From: Candidatus Bathyarchaeota archaeon
GTDB lineage: Archaea > Thermoproteota > Bathyarchaeia > Bathyarchaeales > Bathycorpusculaceae
Assembly: GCA_963811105.1 (NCBI GenBank)
Contig: CAWEPZ010000002.1
Location: 602,984-666,983 of the forward strand
Direction: 5' to 3'
DNA: 64,000 nt
The notes below the pieces were generated by a model. The model ran no database searches and was not told where the DNA came from. It saw only the letters and a list, made by a program, of their open reading frames with translations. The translations under genes and the position numbers were made by a program. Of this stretch, positions 63,730 to 64,000 are shown one piece after another (the stretch's first letter is position 1; each line of letters begins with the position of its first letter).

Positions 63730-63792
63730 ATAGCCAAGCGTTTGGAAATGACTGAGATTCCAGTGAAAGATTCTTGACTGGTTTTTTTAGTG

Positions 63793-64000
63793 TCAAACAT
63801 TTCCTTGTAGTCTCTTCCTAACTATAGCTAGAGCAATTGGGATAGAGAGTAATAACGGTAGAATTGTTAACCAAGAAAACTCAGGAACAGAAGGAGTTGG
63901 AGTTGGGGATGAAATAGGTGATTGATTTCCAGTTCCAACATCAATAAAGAATAGCGCACTTGCTTTTGATGTGAAGCTTATGTCTTTCGCATATTGGTAT
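63793..64000 (-). CDS. 3-prime end of a PEF-CTERM surface protein (partial)
   Basis: ...SPTPTPSVPEFSWLTILPLLLSIPIALAIVRKRLQGNV*. Confidence 0.8.
   Translation of the reverse strand, partial: YQYAKDISFTSKASALFFIDVGTGNQSPISSPTPTPSVPEFSWLTILPLLLSIPIALAIVRKRLQGNV

Larger units (their letters stand above)
58213..63778. repeat. Dispersed 16-bp palindrome GTCAA-N6-TTGAC, four copies
   Basis: 58213 GTCAAGATTTCTTGAC; 58248 GTCAAACTTTCTTGAC; 60650 GTCAAAGTTTCTTGAC; 63763 GTGAAAGATTCTTGAC. Confidence 0.8.

Overview
Archaeal chromosomal window, most likely Bathyarchaeia. This call rests on the archaeal 16S rRNA, Lsm-rpl37e, Alba, pantoate kinase and many C-terminally anchored or PEF-CTERM surface proteins; the taxonomy is inferred, not searched. 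The first ~35 kb is mostly housekeeping: a stand-alone 16S rRNA gene, a PUA protein, Lsm/L37e, a complete pst/phoU operon, HtrA-NfeD-stomatin, core MetE, HIT, an ECF-S/pantoate kinase/CoaD operon and a CblS-like kinase. The most striking element is a four-gene locus at 26.0-34.1 kb. It encodes a membrane-anchored secreted protein, a ~900-aa tubulin/FtsZ-superfamily GTPase (GGGTGSG) whose fold appears split by a ~410-aa coiled coil at the M-loop position, a convergent catalytically degenerate tubulin-fold protein with an acidic disordered N-terminus, and an 850-aa polytopic membrane protein with a long helical tail. The last ~28 kb is accessory: surface-protein genes, a minimal PolX with a PolB2-partner-like gene, an ArsR/Cys-rich metal cluster, an orphan MjaI/MthZI-type methylase with a truncated endonuclease, MITE-like elements and a recurrent GTCAA-N6-TTGAC palindrome. 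Several genes appear to start at ATA behind strong Shine-Dalgarno motifs, and four genes carry single +1 frameshifts that may be assembly errors. All family assignments come from motif recognition by eye.
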